NCBI RefSeq assembly: GCF_000143415.4
Contig: NW_003314307.1
Coordinates: 972,952 to 1,036,951 of the forward strand
Direction: 5' to 3'
DNA from: Selaginella moellendorffii
Lineage: Eukaryota; Plantae; Lycopodiophyta
Length of the DNA: 64,000 bases
Part shown: positions 26,163 to 40,103 of the stretch, in pieces
How positions within the stretch are numbered: position 1 is the stretch's first letter
How the letters are laid out: each line of letters opens with the position of its first letter
Notes under the pieces: model-generated
The model's input: the letters and a program-made list of their open reading frames with translations, nothing else
What the model was told of the DNA's origin: nothing
The model's database searches: none
Program-made: the position numbers and the translations under genes

Positions 26163-26963
26163 NNNNNNNNNNNNNNNNNNNNNNNNNNNNNNNNNNNNNN
26201 NNNNNNNNNNNNNNNNNNNNNNNNNNNNNNNNNNNNNNNNNNNNNNNNNNNNNNNNNNNNNNNNNNNNNNNNNNNNNNNNNNNNNNNNNNNNNNNNNNNN
26301 NNNNNNNNNNNNNNNNNNNNNNNNNNNNNNNNNNNNNNNNNNNNNNNNNNNNNNNNNNNNNNNNNNNNNNNNNNNNNNNNNNNNNNNNNNNNNNNNNNNN
26401 NNNNNNNNNNNNNNNNNNNNNNNNNNNNNNNNNNNNNNNNNNNNNNNNNNNNNNNNNNNNNNNNNNNNNNNNNNNNNNNNNNNNNNNNNNNNNNNNNNNN
26501 NNNNNNNNNNNNNNNNNNNNNNNNNNNNNNNNNNNNNNNNNNNNNNNNNNNNNNNNNNNNNNNNNNNNNNNNNNNNNNNNNNNNNNNNNNNNNNNNNNNN
26601 NNNNNNNNNNNNNNNNNNNNNNNNNNNNNNNNNNNNNNNNNNNNNNNNNNNNNNNNNNNNNNNNNNNNNNNNNNNNNNNNNNNNNNNNNNNNNNNNNNNN
26701 NNNNNNNNNNNNNNNNNNNNNNNNNNNNNNNNNNNNNNNNNNNNNNNNNNNNNNNNNNNNNNNNNNNNNNNNNNNNNNNNNNNNNNNNNNNNNNNNNNNN
26801 NNNNNNNNNNNNNNNNNNNNNNNNNNNNNNNNNNNNNNNNNNNNNNNNNNNNNNNNNNNNNNNNNNNNNNNNNNNNNNNNNNNNNNNNNNNNNNNNNNNN
26901 NNNNNNNNNNNNNNNNNNNNNNNNNNNNNNNNNNNNNNNNNNNNNNNNNNNNNNNNNNNNNNN
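26163..26963. other. Assembly gap (N run)
   Basis: Ns. Confidence 1.
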
Positions 26964-29431
26964 CTTCACTAAGTTACTTTATTTGTTCTTTCATATTCAC
27001 TTTAGCTTTGGACTCTTTAATATTTATATGATCACATATCACATAGGTATATCCCTTTTAGCCTTTTTTATCCATATTAGTTTCTTTTAGCTATACTAGT
27101 TTCTTTAAAGTCCTCCTCTTACAATCCCATAGGGATTTATCAAACCTCTAGGTCTAAGAAATGATTGCTTAGGGCTTTTACCTTTTAGATTTGGATTTGG
27201 TCCCATTTCTCCAAAATTATACTATTTATTTATAAGTGGTCATTTTATAACCATCCTTTAATATTCTTCAAATGCTTTAAGACATGGGGAATAATATCCC
27301 TTAATGTTCCTAATTAAATATTTGCCAAATTGTTTTCTATCACTCATTAATACTCCCACTAGGTCAAAGCCCTAAAGCTCACCCATTAAGTCCCATTAAC
27401 CTTTGAGACTTCCTCACTATGTAATTATACATTTGGTTACTAAGCAAATGAGCCACTCCTCTTCTTTTTCATAATCAAGGATTTTAGGATAGTATTCTGA
27501 AATACCGTAATTTAATGTAAGCTTTATAGATACACTCCCCATCTTCTATTATTAAAGTGCTCCAACCATGTGGCTTGAATAAAGTTTCGATAAGCTAAAC
27601 AAAGTATTTAAATAGGTAATGCCACTCACACTTACATTAGAAATATTTCAATCTCCTAGAGAAGATAAAGTTGGCTATTGAACATTTCACCAAATCATGT
27701 TTATCCATATTTACCTTACCTTTGGACTTTTCAATATTTGTATTATCATCACTAATTCTTTTAGAGTCCTGGATTTACTAAATCTTTTGAGGTTTAAGAA
27801 ATAATTGATGTCTTAAATTTAAATTTGGTTTTAAACTCTATTTTAGAATCAGTCTTAAACTTAAATATAACATTTTCCACATGTCAGTCATTCTTTTATT
27901 CCTTTCTAGAGACAATCATTTCATGCTCATTCCTCAAGTGCTTCTTTGGAAATTTATTTTTTACTTTTGACCTTTTAAATTGAAATTTATGGTCCAAATG
28001 TGTTACATTCATTAGACTTCCTCCTTGGCCATTACCATATGGCACACCCTCAACTCCATTTCTGCATTTGCTTATGCACTTATTCTTGATTTTTCTAGCT
28101 TAAGTATTGAAATATATATTTTTCTAAATTGTTTTGGCTAGCAACATGACCAAGCCACTTTTCTTTCTTTCTTTTTTTAGTTTTTTAGTTTTTTAAGACC
28201 TTCAAGTTAATTTGTGAAGTATTAGCTGCATTGTTTATATTATTTAATTCTAATACAAGTGAAGTGAGCAAAAAAAATATATATATATTGGTTTTTAGAG
28301 AAGTGACAATATAACAATAGCTTCCAAAAGAAAGCTGGTGGCCCAAGCATCAGGAGCTCAATGGAACTTAGGAGACATTTAAGAAGCAAAAAATGACTGG
28401 AAGGAATATCTAAAAATGTGAAGAATTAATGATCACCATTAAAGCTTGCTAGTTTATTCTTGATCTTATTCATGAGCATGATTTCAGTTAGCTCAAACTC
28501 TATTTTCCAAAACAGTTCCAATACTTTGTTTGGGAATGCATTACTCTTCCCAAGGCTAGTGGATTGAAACTTCTCAAACCCAAAACCATGCTATCCAGGT
28601 GCTAGTTATGAAGAGAATGGTGTGTCTTCAAATAGCTACTTATACACTTCACTACATATATGATGCTAAATCCAATTGTCATCAACTTTCGATTCATGTA
28701 AGCATAGATCTACAAAGAAAACTTGAAATACTATTTGGCATTATTTATGGATTTATGGTGTTTTAAATAATTCTGTTTCACATGGACACTGTCACTGTTA
28801 AAACAATTGCATAAATAAAACGAAAAGCAAACCTGCAGCAAATTATTTAATGTAAGACAAAGCTCTACTTATTGCATTGCAACCTCAGAAGAGGAGGCAT
28901 TTGAAGAAATTTGCCATCCTTGGAGGAGCTGGTTGAAAATGACACAAAAGCCATGGACGAGTTGAACTCTCATGACAACTTGTTTCTGGATAAGAATCTT
29001 TGCACAAATACCTTCTCAAATGTGTTTACATTGATCGTCGCTGGAAGCAGGGTAAACAGCAACCTCCAGAGACCGTGGAGTGTGACTATGCTCTGGTGAA
29101 CAAGTGGCAAGACTCTCTCAAGGAGACCTTGAATGTGCCACCAAAATGGTGGGTGCATATAAACAAAGACGTGAGGCAGGACAAGAAAACATGCAATCGG
29201 CTTCCTCATTTCAAAAGCATCCTGTTTCCACAAACATAGGATTCAAGTGAAATTGGCATCTAGATCTGTGCTTTGGAAAACCTCTGCATTAATTTTTCCG
29301 TTCCAACCTCATGAAATGCGTTGCAAAATATAACCTGGGAGGTGAGATCAAAACCAGAAAACGAAATCTAATAAAGCGTCTTACTTCTACACTGATACTG
29401 ATGGGGAAGAGTTCTGTGGCATTTTCTAGTA

Positions 29432-29612
29432 AGGCTTATAATTGAACTCAAGCTGATATCTTTCATGACATCTGAAGTGATTCTACAGACTCAAGAGTGA
29501 TCCTCCTCACGAAACTAAAACATGCTACAGGGTGATTTGTGTGATTCTTCCCCATTTCATGCAATTGCTCAAAATCCCATTGATGTTGCTGTCACAGGTT
29601 ACATCAGCTTCA
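29432..29612 (+). repeat. Second copy of the dispersed repeat at 22057-22228
   Basis: Colinear shared words, as listed for 22057-22228. Confidence 0.8.
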
Positions 29613-29699
29613 TTCACTATAAAAAATTCTAGTGTTGTAACTGAGAAATATCACAGGCTCTACTGGGACTATTGCGAAACTTCTCAGTGGGTCGAAAAT

Positions 29700-30090
29700 G
29701 GACATCTTTGATTCCAGCACAACAATTTTACAGAGGAGATCCCAGCGTATAATGTGTCTTCTCCCCTTGTACTGCTTCTCCTGGACAAGAACAACCTGAC
29801 GGGAAGCATTCCACATTTGATAGCAGAGATGAAAACTCTCCAGAAATTGCACCGCAACAAAAACAATCTACATGGAAGAATTCCAACAGGCATTAGCCAG
29901 CTGGATCGCCTTGACAACTATCTGAACAGTGAAGTTTTGGCTTCCTTGGATCTCTCTTCAGACAAGTTCCAGGGAGAGATCAGCTCTAGGCTAGCGAACT
30001 GCTCCCAACTCGAGGTTGTCAACTTGGCAAAGAACAATCTCCCTGGTTGAAATGAGGAACTTGAAGCTGCTGGTTGAGAAACTTGACAAT
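29700..30090 (+). pseudogene. Plant extracellular LRR (RLK/RLP) fragment
   Basis: LLLLDKNNLTGSIP, LQKLHRNKNNLHGRIPTGISQL and LASLDLSSDKFQGEISSRLANCSQLEVVNLAKNNL. Stops follow and there is no TM or kinase. Confidence 0.8.
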
Positions 30091-31022
30091 CTGCGTACAC
30101 TAGCCTGTTGTGAGCGCTGCTGTTGCCGCTGAAAAGCTTTAGGCGGTTCGCGGCAAAGAGGCTCCTGTGGTTCCCTCTCGGAAACACCAGCCGGTCCTCA
30201 AGCCTCTCTCGGTTTAATCCCTCCAAGTTCTCCTGGACGAGCTGATCATGCAGTCATAAGGGAGCGACGGTTGATACGGTGGATCGCAAGGCTTGTACTC
30301 GTTGAAGCTGTCCCGTTTGCCACCTCTGGTGCCGTTTTGGAAAGCTCCTCGCTCGTAGCCATTTACTGGATGACGATCCATCATCCGAGTAGCAGTCCCG
30401 CTGGGCTCCGGGATTTACGTCGTTGAAGTCGGGGCTGCCTCCCATCGGCCACTCGTGGTCGTGTTCTTCCGGAGTTTCAACCTGGACTTGGTGTGGAGGC
30501 TCGTCCGGACCGCTTCTCTGGCCTATCGTTGCCGACGAGAGGTTGGAGCCCCCGTTTTGCGTGACGGTAGAGGTGTTTTGAGCAGCAGGAGCTCGAGGAG
30601 TTTGCTGCTGCTGGGCTAAAGTTCGGACCTGTTGGGAGCGACGAGCAAAGCCGTGAATGAACGGACACTAGTCTCCTTTTGCACAGTATCCTTGAAAGTA
30701 GAAGTAACAGGGAATTCGAGAATTGGAGCTGGGATTCTCCTCCTCAGACACGAGGCTGCGAGAGATCGAATGCCAAGTTATCAGCAAAGAAAGAAAAACT
30801 CTATTCTATCTCTCTATCAAAGAAAGACCATTGTGTCTCTCGAGAAAAATCCTGAGAACTCACGGGATGACACAGAGCCAGTACCAACAGTCGCGGAAAC
30901 TATCTCGCGACCTCGCTGTGCCTAAACTTGCATTGCATTCCCTAAACATTTTTTGGTGATCACAGAAGTTCGAAACATATATTAAATATGATTTACTCCA
31001 AAACTATTTTCTTGTTATTTCT

Positions 31023-32922
31023 TTACTGGATGGACATAGCTCGTATGAGGTATCCATCTTTCACTCTGGGCATTGGCCAGTAGCTTATTGTACTAGTTGG
31101 ATTCACTGGCTCCCATCTTCATTCAAAGATTACAATTTGTTAGAATTTTTGAAAGAACAAATGGCAACAAAAAAAAGAGGAAAAGGAAATACCTGTATTT
31201 TGTGATAAGCCTGTGTATGAAAACGCATAGCTCTAACTTAACGAGTGCACTCCCCGGGCATATCCTCTGTCCATAGCTAAATGGAATAAATGTGCCAGTT
31301 TTAGCTGGGACCTGATGGAAGAAAATAAAAAGGCTTGGTCAGTATAAACATGACAAATGCCATACTTTAAATCTGGATGGATCAAATTTTGTTGCATTAG
31401 GGTAAATACTCTCATCTAGATGAATTGATGACATATGAACTTGAACCTGCCAATCCTTGGGCAAGGTATAACCTGTGTAACACCATGAAAGTAGATAATA
31501 ATTGAAGTTAGATTCAATCACTTGTAATCAAACCCTTGTAGCTGATGTCCTTGGTGATTTTACGTGTTACCATCCCAACAATATTAGAAAGCCTCAGAGT
31601 CTCATCGACAGCCTGCAAAAAAAAAAACAAAAAACAAAACAAACACTCAAATTTAATATAAGAAAATGTGCTTAGAGCTCAGTACAACCCTTAAAGTGGC
31701 TAACATCTGCTTTGTGTCTTCCCAAGTTAACTTGTACTTTGTGGAGCCTTTCTTGACAAAGATTCTCCTTTGCTCCTCCTGGGAATAAGACAAATTTAAA
31801 CAGTCTACTAATAATAATGGAAATATTTACCTCTACTTCTCTGAAAGCTTGTGGGTTCTCATGTAAGTATTTGATCAGCCACAAGAGAGCAAGAGCTGTG
31901 GTGTCGTGGCCTCCCAACAGCAGTGCTATGAGATTGTCTTCCACTTGTTGATTTGAGATGGTTCCAACCTTGTCATCTTTGTGCATGATGAACTCGTCCA
32001 GCGCGTCTTTGTGCCTCTCGCCCTTGGCACCTAATAGCGCCCTTCTCTCGTTGATTAGCCCATCCAAGAACGTGTTGAGCCTCGCCCTGGCCTGATCGAA
32101 TCAAGAACTAGAAAGATCAAAACCACAAATAACATAAGTAAAAGAACCTGCAATGCTTTGCGATAAGGTGTGAAGGGTATGTCGATTGGAAACTGGAGCA
32201 TTCCTGTGACCAAGGCTTGGACGTCTCGCATGAGATCGATCATCTCCGGAGTGGAAGGCAGGAGTTTCTGACACACGAATCCAATCACCGCGCAATAGCT
32301 AAACTGGCAAAGTCGAATGTATATAATCAGATCAAGCATCAACCCGGCATGCAATGTGATCAAACCTTGAGAGTTTCTTCCATCACCGTTACCGTCTTCT
32401 TCGACCCCCACGACTCCAGAATCTCCTGAGCCAAGTTATCAATCGTCTCCACATGGTGCTTGAGCGTCTCTGGAACCATCATCCCCAGCACAATTCTCCG
32501 GTAGAGCGCATGCTCACTCCCGATAGCTTCGGAAATAATTTTCGGCCCAATCAATCGTCTAAACAAGCCCGAGGGGCCACAGTCAGCGCAGCTGAGGAAG
32601 AACTTGGCCGCTTCTACCGTTGTAGAGACGATGGTAGGAGATCCAAGCAAGTTACTTGAGAAAACTCCTCCAAATCTGTAGATATCGTATAGTTATCAAG
32701 ATCTAAGCGAAAGGCAAAGCAAAACCTCTTGCGTCGAGTAGTGAGGAAGTCTAGAGGGGATTCCCGAAAGAAAGAGAGAGATTCTCCGACAAGGGGCCAG
32801 CCATGGCTTCCCGGCGGGAGTTTGATCGTGGATGGTTTGTAGAACTTGCGGGAGATCAGCCACAAAGAGAGTAGAAACACGAGGAAGTAAAGAGCATTCC
32901 AGGACTGCAGGACAAGCTCCAT
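31023..32922 (-). CDS. Cytochrome P450, CYP85 clan-like, multi-exon
   Basis: TM anchor then LPPGSHGWPLVGESLSF, I-helix LLGGHDTTA, ETLR, FDPSRF and heme motif FSYGQRICPG. Stop TAA at 31023-31025. Confidence 0.92.
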
Positions 32923-33311
32923 TGCTGCGAGAAGAGACGAAGCACTTCTTTGCACGAGTTCTGAGAGAGCACACAGCACATAGCCCATGCACTCAGTTTT
33001 ATGTGATAGAACATTTCATGTTCATGATTCTATGTTAACCTATTCTTTATTAGAACTTCGTCGATGACTATTGAGTCTTTCTGGCTCTTCCCAGATTGAA
33101 AAGGCTCCCTCCAGTCGCTTGACTTGACGTGGAACAAGCTCCATGTGGACCATCCCATATCAACACTCGATTTCCACTTGCATTCCAAGGCAATGAGAAG
33201 CTTTGCGGGATCCCATTGCTGGCCATGCAACAATAGACCAAGACCACTCTGATAGCTCTAGTTGATCTTACCACTACAGTGAAAGTTTCAGTAAAAGTTT
33301 CAGTAGATATT

Positions 33312-33614
33312 CTAAGAAGTCTTAGAAGTCTCGCCAAGGGGCTGCCGCTCCCCTTGAGAAGCAAGGCGGGCATCCATCCGCTCGCACCACTCCCGAAGAA
33401 TGCGTGCGTGATCTGGGCTCGAATTGGCCGTGACCGCATCGATCTGCGCTTTCGTCAATCTCTTGGACAGATTCCTGATCCGCTCGTTGTAGAAGAGCTC
33501 GTCCTCCCATGGATCAGTGCCATCCTCCCAATTATGCGCCCTCTCCAGCTTCCTCCGCTCCTCCGTTCTCCTCTCCCTCTCCTTTCTCATCGCCAACCGA
33601 TTCGCCATAGCCAT
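33312..33614 (-). CDS. Orphan small intronless protein (100 aa), paralogue of 22476-22796
   Basis: MAMANRLAMRKERERR..HNWEDGTDPWEDELFYNERIRNLSKR, with TATA-like CTATAAATAG about 40-50 bp upstream on the minus strand. Confidence 0.65.
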   Translation of the reverse strand: MAMANRLAMRKERERRTEERRKLERAHNWEDGTDPWEDELFYNERIRNLSKRLTKAQIDAVTANSSPDHARILREWCERMDARLASQGERQPLGETSKTS

Positions 33615-33741
33615 GAAAAACAACTAGCTTCTTTTAATCCTATGCCCTGACACTATATTTATAGCTAAAAAGGGCTGAATTAAGAAGTTTATTACAGTAT
33701 ACCTTGATTATTCCGTTGGAAAAAAAAAGAAGAAAATTTTG

Positions 33742-36729
<2,988 letters not shown>

Positions 36730-36864
36730 AGCTGCGGTCGCTGGGAGCGAAAGGGAAACCCTAACCCTATTTTTCTTGCCGCTGATTGGCCGGATGAAAT
36801 TCCAAATGAGAAAATGGAAGAACTTTAAAATCTCAAAATGGTAGGGTTTATTTAGGGTTCTTCG
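36730..36864. promoter_or_regulatory. Compact bidirectional promoter between FUM and rpl36 with telo-boxes
   Basis: 135 bp separates the divergent ATGs. It contains AAACCCTAA (~36755), TAGGGTTT (~36842) and ATTGG (reverse CCAAT). Confidence 0.55.
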
Positions 36865-37304
36865 ATGAAAGTCCGCGCGTCCGTGAAGAAGCTGTGCGAT
36901 GCTTGCATTTCCGTGCGCCGTGGCCGCCGCCTCTATGTGATCTGCAAGAGCAATCCCCGTCACAAGCAGCGCCAGGGCTACTGCACCGACGCCGCCGCTC
37001 CATCGCTCCAGGAAATTGAGCGCGAGGTTGGAGAACAAGAAGAAAATGTGCAAGATCGAGGATTCTTCAAGCCGCGGTAAGCAACAGCAGCAGCATTTTC
37101 ATCCTCGAGTCGATTGATCCGCTTTCTTTCTTTTCAGTTTTGGATTCGAGGCTGGAGCAATGCTTGGAGCGTTCATGTGTGGTAAGGACGAAACAAATTT
37201 CCAGAGCGTGGATTTTCTAAAGTTTCGTGCTTCTTGCAGTGTGGGCTAGAGTAGCAGCAACGCCTTTACTCCAAGCAGTGGCACCGAAAAATCTAGAGCT
37301 CTAG
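36865..37304 (+). CDS. rpl36: Nuclear-encoded organellar (mitochondrial-type) ribosomal protein L36 with C-terminal extension
   Basis: [38 protein letters not shown]. The 3' exon structure is inferred from GT-AG sites and is less certain. Confidence 0.88.
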
Positions 37305-37496
37305 TCTCCATAGTAAGCAAATCTTGGTTTTCCTTCTCGTCTTCTCAGCTTGTTCAAGGGATTCACTCCAAAGAGTCGAAGAAAGTGGGAGTGGTTTGCA
37401 TTGATCTTCGATACTTTTCCATGGAAAGATCATCCAAGGTATGGAGTAGCCTCAAAAAAACAAGATTCCTTCACTCCTTTCTTTCAGTCCGATTCG

Positions 37497-38807
37497 TTAC
37501 TTAGAGTTAGATCTTTGCAGAGACCGACGCCTAGATGACCGGGTCCGTCTCATCGCACCACTGCCTTCACCTTCGTCGCTCTCGTGCCGCCTCTCATCGT
37601 CCATCACCAGCTGCTGCTCCTGGAGCTGGAAGTACTCCTGGTGAGCCAGCGACTGGGACGTCGATGCGGACATTCTTCGCTGCAACACGGCTTTCGGAGT
37701 GGTCGCCAGAGCCCATCTATGCAGCACCACCAGATGATGCGTCACTCTGTAGTGAGTGATCTCAACTCCGGGCTCGGCAGGAGAGGAGAACTCGTCCAGC
37801 AGTGAATCCGCCACCTCCATAGTCGAGTCTTGGACGACGCTGGCCTCGCTCTCCAGCTTGAAGTCGGAGAAGACCCTGACGTTGTGATGGAAGAGAAACA
37901 GGAACTTCCTCTCCGGGTCTTGCATAGGCTCCACCTTGAGGACTACTTGGACCTGGACGTCGCAGCGTATCACCACTCCAGCGTTCCGAATCGTCTTGTC
38001 AGCAGTGCCATCCTCCTCGTTCTGGCTCCGGATGTCATACGAGAACTCGAAAGACAGCCTCCGGTCTCTCTGGGCCAGGGGATCATACACCACGTTGGAC
38101 TTGCAAAGCCGGCTCTCGGACGACGATGAGGAAGAACCCGACGGTGCTGAAGACGAGGCTGTGGAGTTGACAACAGTGACAACGTGCTTCTGGATCATGT
38201 CGCAGGGATTGATTTTGAGAAGCTCGCTGACTGGAGTGCCCGGCTCTTGCAGCTGGTGGACGATTTTGCTCGGCACTGCATGGAAAGAAACGTCTCCGCC
38301 AGCGAGGTCCGGGTCCTTCTCCCACAGCCGATCGAAGTTATCAAAGGTGTGGCTGTCATCTCGCGAGTTTTCATCGTGGAGCTCCTCCGGCTCGACGTAG
38401 ATCATGCACTGGGCCGACTTCTTGTCCTTGAAAGACACGGACTTTGCCACTGGAGGAGGAGCTGAAGAAGCGCCGTCCGGGGCTGGCGTCAAAGTTGGAG
38501 TCCGGAGATTTGGATCCTTCTCCCACAACAGCTGGAAGTTGTCGCAAGTCTGATCGGCATCGTCGGCGTTCTTCGGAGTCGGGCCTTCGATGATCATTGG
38601 TGGCGGAGGATTGGATGGCCGCCGGAGTGGAGATGGTCGATAGGCCTTGAGGGCGGACTTGAGCTGTGGATGATGAGCCGGAGTTGCCGAAGAAGAAGTG
38701 GAAGAACTGCTGGAACTAGCACTAGCTGCTGCTGCTGTTGGTGCTACCAGTGATGGATCTTCCCGACCAGGATGATCAACTCGCTGCTGCTGCTCAACAC
38801 TTTCCAT
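37497..38807 (-). CDS. Intronless protein of unknown function (about 436 aa)
   Basis: Long open frame with coding-like composition. S/P-rich N-terminal half with a duplicated DNF..LWEKDP motif and a beta-rich C-terminal half. Confidence 0.75.
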   Translation of the reverse strand: MESVEQQQRVDHPGREDPSLVAPTAAAASASSSSSSTSSSATPAHHPQLKSALKAYRPSPLRRPSNPPPPMIIEGPTPKNADDADQTCDNFQLLWEKDPNLRTPTLTPAPDGASSAPPPVAKSVSFKDKKSAQCMIYVEPEELHDENSRDDSHTFDNFDRLWEKDPDLAGGDVSFHAVPSKIVHQLQEPGTPVSELLKINPCDMIQKHVVTVVNSTASSSAPSGSSSSSSESRLCKSNVVYDPLAQRDRRLSFEFSYDIRSQNEEDGTADKTIRNAGVVIRCDVQVQVVLKVEPMQDPERKFLFLFHHNVRVFSDFKLESEASVVQDSTMEVADSLLDEFSSPAEPGVEITHYRVTHHLVVLHRWALATTPKAVLQRRMSASTSQSLAHQEYFQLQEQQLVMDDERRHESDEGEGSGAMRRTRSSRRRSLQRSNSK

Positions 38808-38947
38808 GCTTGGATCCCATTCCCAGCGTAAACTGGAGCCTGGAGTTTTAGAAATCCTTCGTCTCGCGCAGCGCAATGGGTCAGTTGAACGCGAAGAGTC
38901 GCGACTCTACGCTTCCAGTTCGGTTATGCGTTACGGAAGACGAGTCA

Positions 38948-39863
38948 TCACCCGGCGTCGGCTGCCGAGCTTTTCTTCTCGCCTTTCTCGCCTTCCTCTG
39001 GCGGACGTGAAGAAGATGACGATGAAGGCGAAGACGATGGAGCAGCGTACTGCCTCTGAGACTTTGCAGCTTCTTCGGCAGCTCGCTTGGCTTCGTTGAC
39101 GACTTGTTCCGTGGCTTTGTCGTCGGCGGTGCTCTTCTCGGCAGACTCGCGGATGCCTTGCTTGTATCCATCGATGAAACTCCGCACGGCGTCGCGGTAC
39201 ACGGTTGCTCGGGTCATGTAGATCCGCTGGAGCGCCGGCTTGACGTGCTCTCCTCCAAGCTTGACTGCTGCTTCTGGAAAAAAGAAGAAGAAAAGAAGAG
39301 AAGTGTGAGATCAAACTTTGCTAAGATCGATCCATTTTTTCTTTTGTTTGCGTACCGAGTTCCTCGTAAATCGATGGAAACTTTTCATCCTGTGGTGTGG
39401 TTCCACGAGAAGGGCCAGCGGCAGCACCACCTCCAGCGGCTTCTTTCTTCTTGGAAGATTTCACCACCACGCCATAGATCTCGAAATCGGACGTCCACGA
39501 CTTCTTGTAGAGCTTCCATGCCTCTCTCAAAGTCTAGAAGAGAAATTTTTTTGAAAAGAGCTCAAAGAATGTAGGCCTACTACCTCTTTGGCGAAGAATC
39601 TCTGGCGCCGAGGCCGGCCGGGAGGATTGGGAAGCGAGGAGGGCCAAGCAATCTCCTTGAAATCGGTGCGCAAATAGTGCATGATCTTCCTACCGATGCG
39701 CTGCGCTTTCCTCGCATTCTTCTTCCTGCCAATCGATCAACCAATCAATCCCTCAACCGAGACTCCACTGGAATGGATCTAACCTAGCCTCGATGAACAG
39801 AGACGCAGATTCCCGCGCCCTCTCGCACCTGGCCCGGAGAAAAGCCGCTGCTCGGTCCCGCAT
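38948..39863 (-). CDS. Conserved plant protein, EMB2735-like, 4 exons
   Basis: YLRTDFKEIAWPSSLPNPP, LREAWKLYKKSW and KPALQRIYMTRATVYRDAVRSFIDGYKQGI. The family is recalled from memory. Confidence 0.75.
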
Positions 39864-40103
39864 AAACCCTAAACCCTGCGCCTGCCACGTCAGACCCAAT
39901 CTAGGGAAGCCAATCTAGGGCTGACGTCATAACAATAGAATATTCTCTTTTTTAAAATTCCCTGTCGTAATGGCAGTGATTCGAGTCTTTTCTTTACTGT
40001 AAAGAGAGAGAGAGAGAGAGAGTCGTGTTCTTTGAGAACCATGTAGGATCGCACTGTGTCAAGCATTCTTTATTTGTTTCGCTCGCAAATTGCTTCCTCG
40101 CCA

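Noticed and set aside
23200-28300. AT-rich region with weak internal duplications (26080-26160 vs 27557-27640; 26964-27170 vs 27685-27810)
   Set aside because: Probably a decayed transposon, but I could assign no protein motif or termini.
28890-29240. Coding-like stretch (..KCVYIDRRWKQG..PPKWWVHINK..)
   Set aside because: Frameshifted and not recognisable. It may be a gene fragment but this cannot be supported.
30100-30700. GC-rich coding-like segment between the LRR fragment and the P450
   Set aside because: Stops in all frames and no recognisable family.
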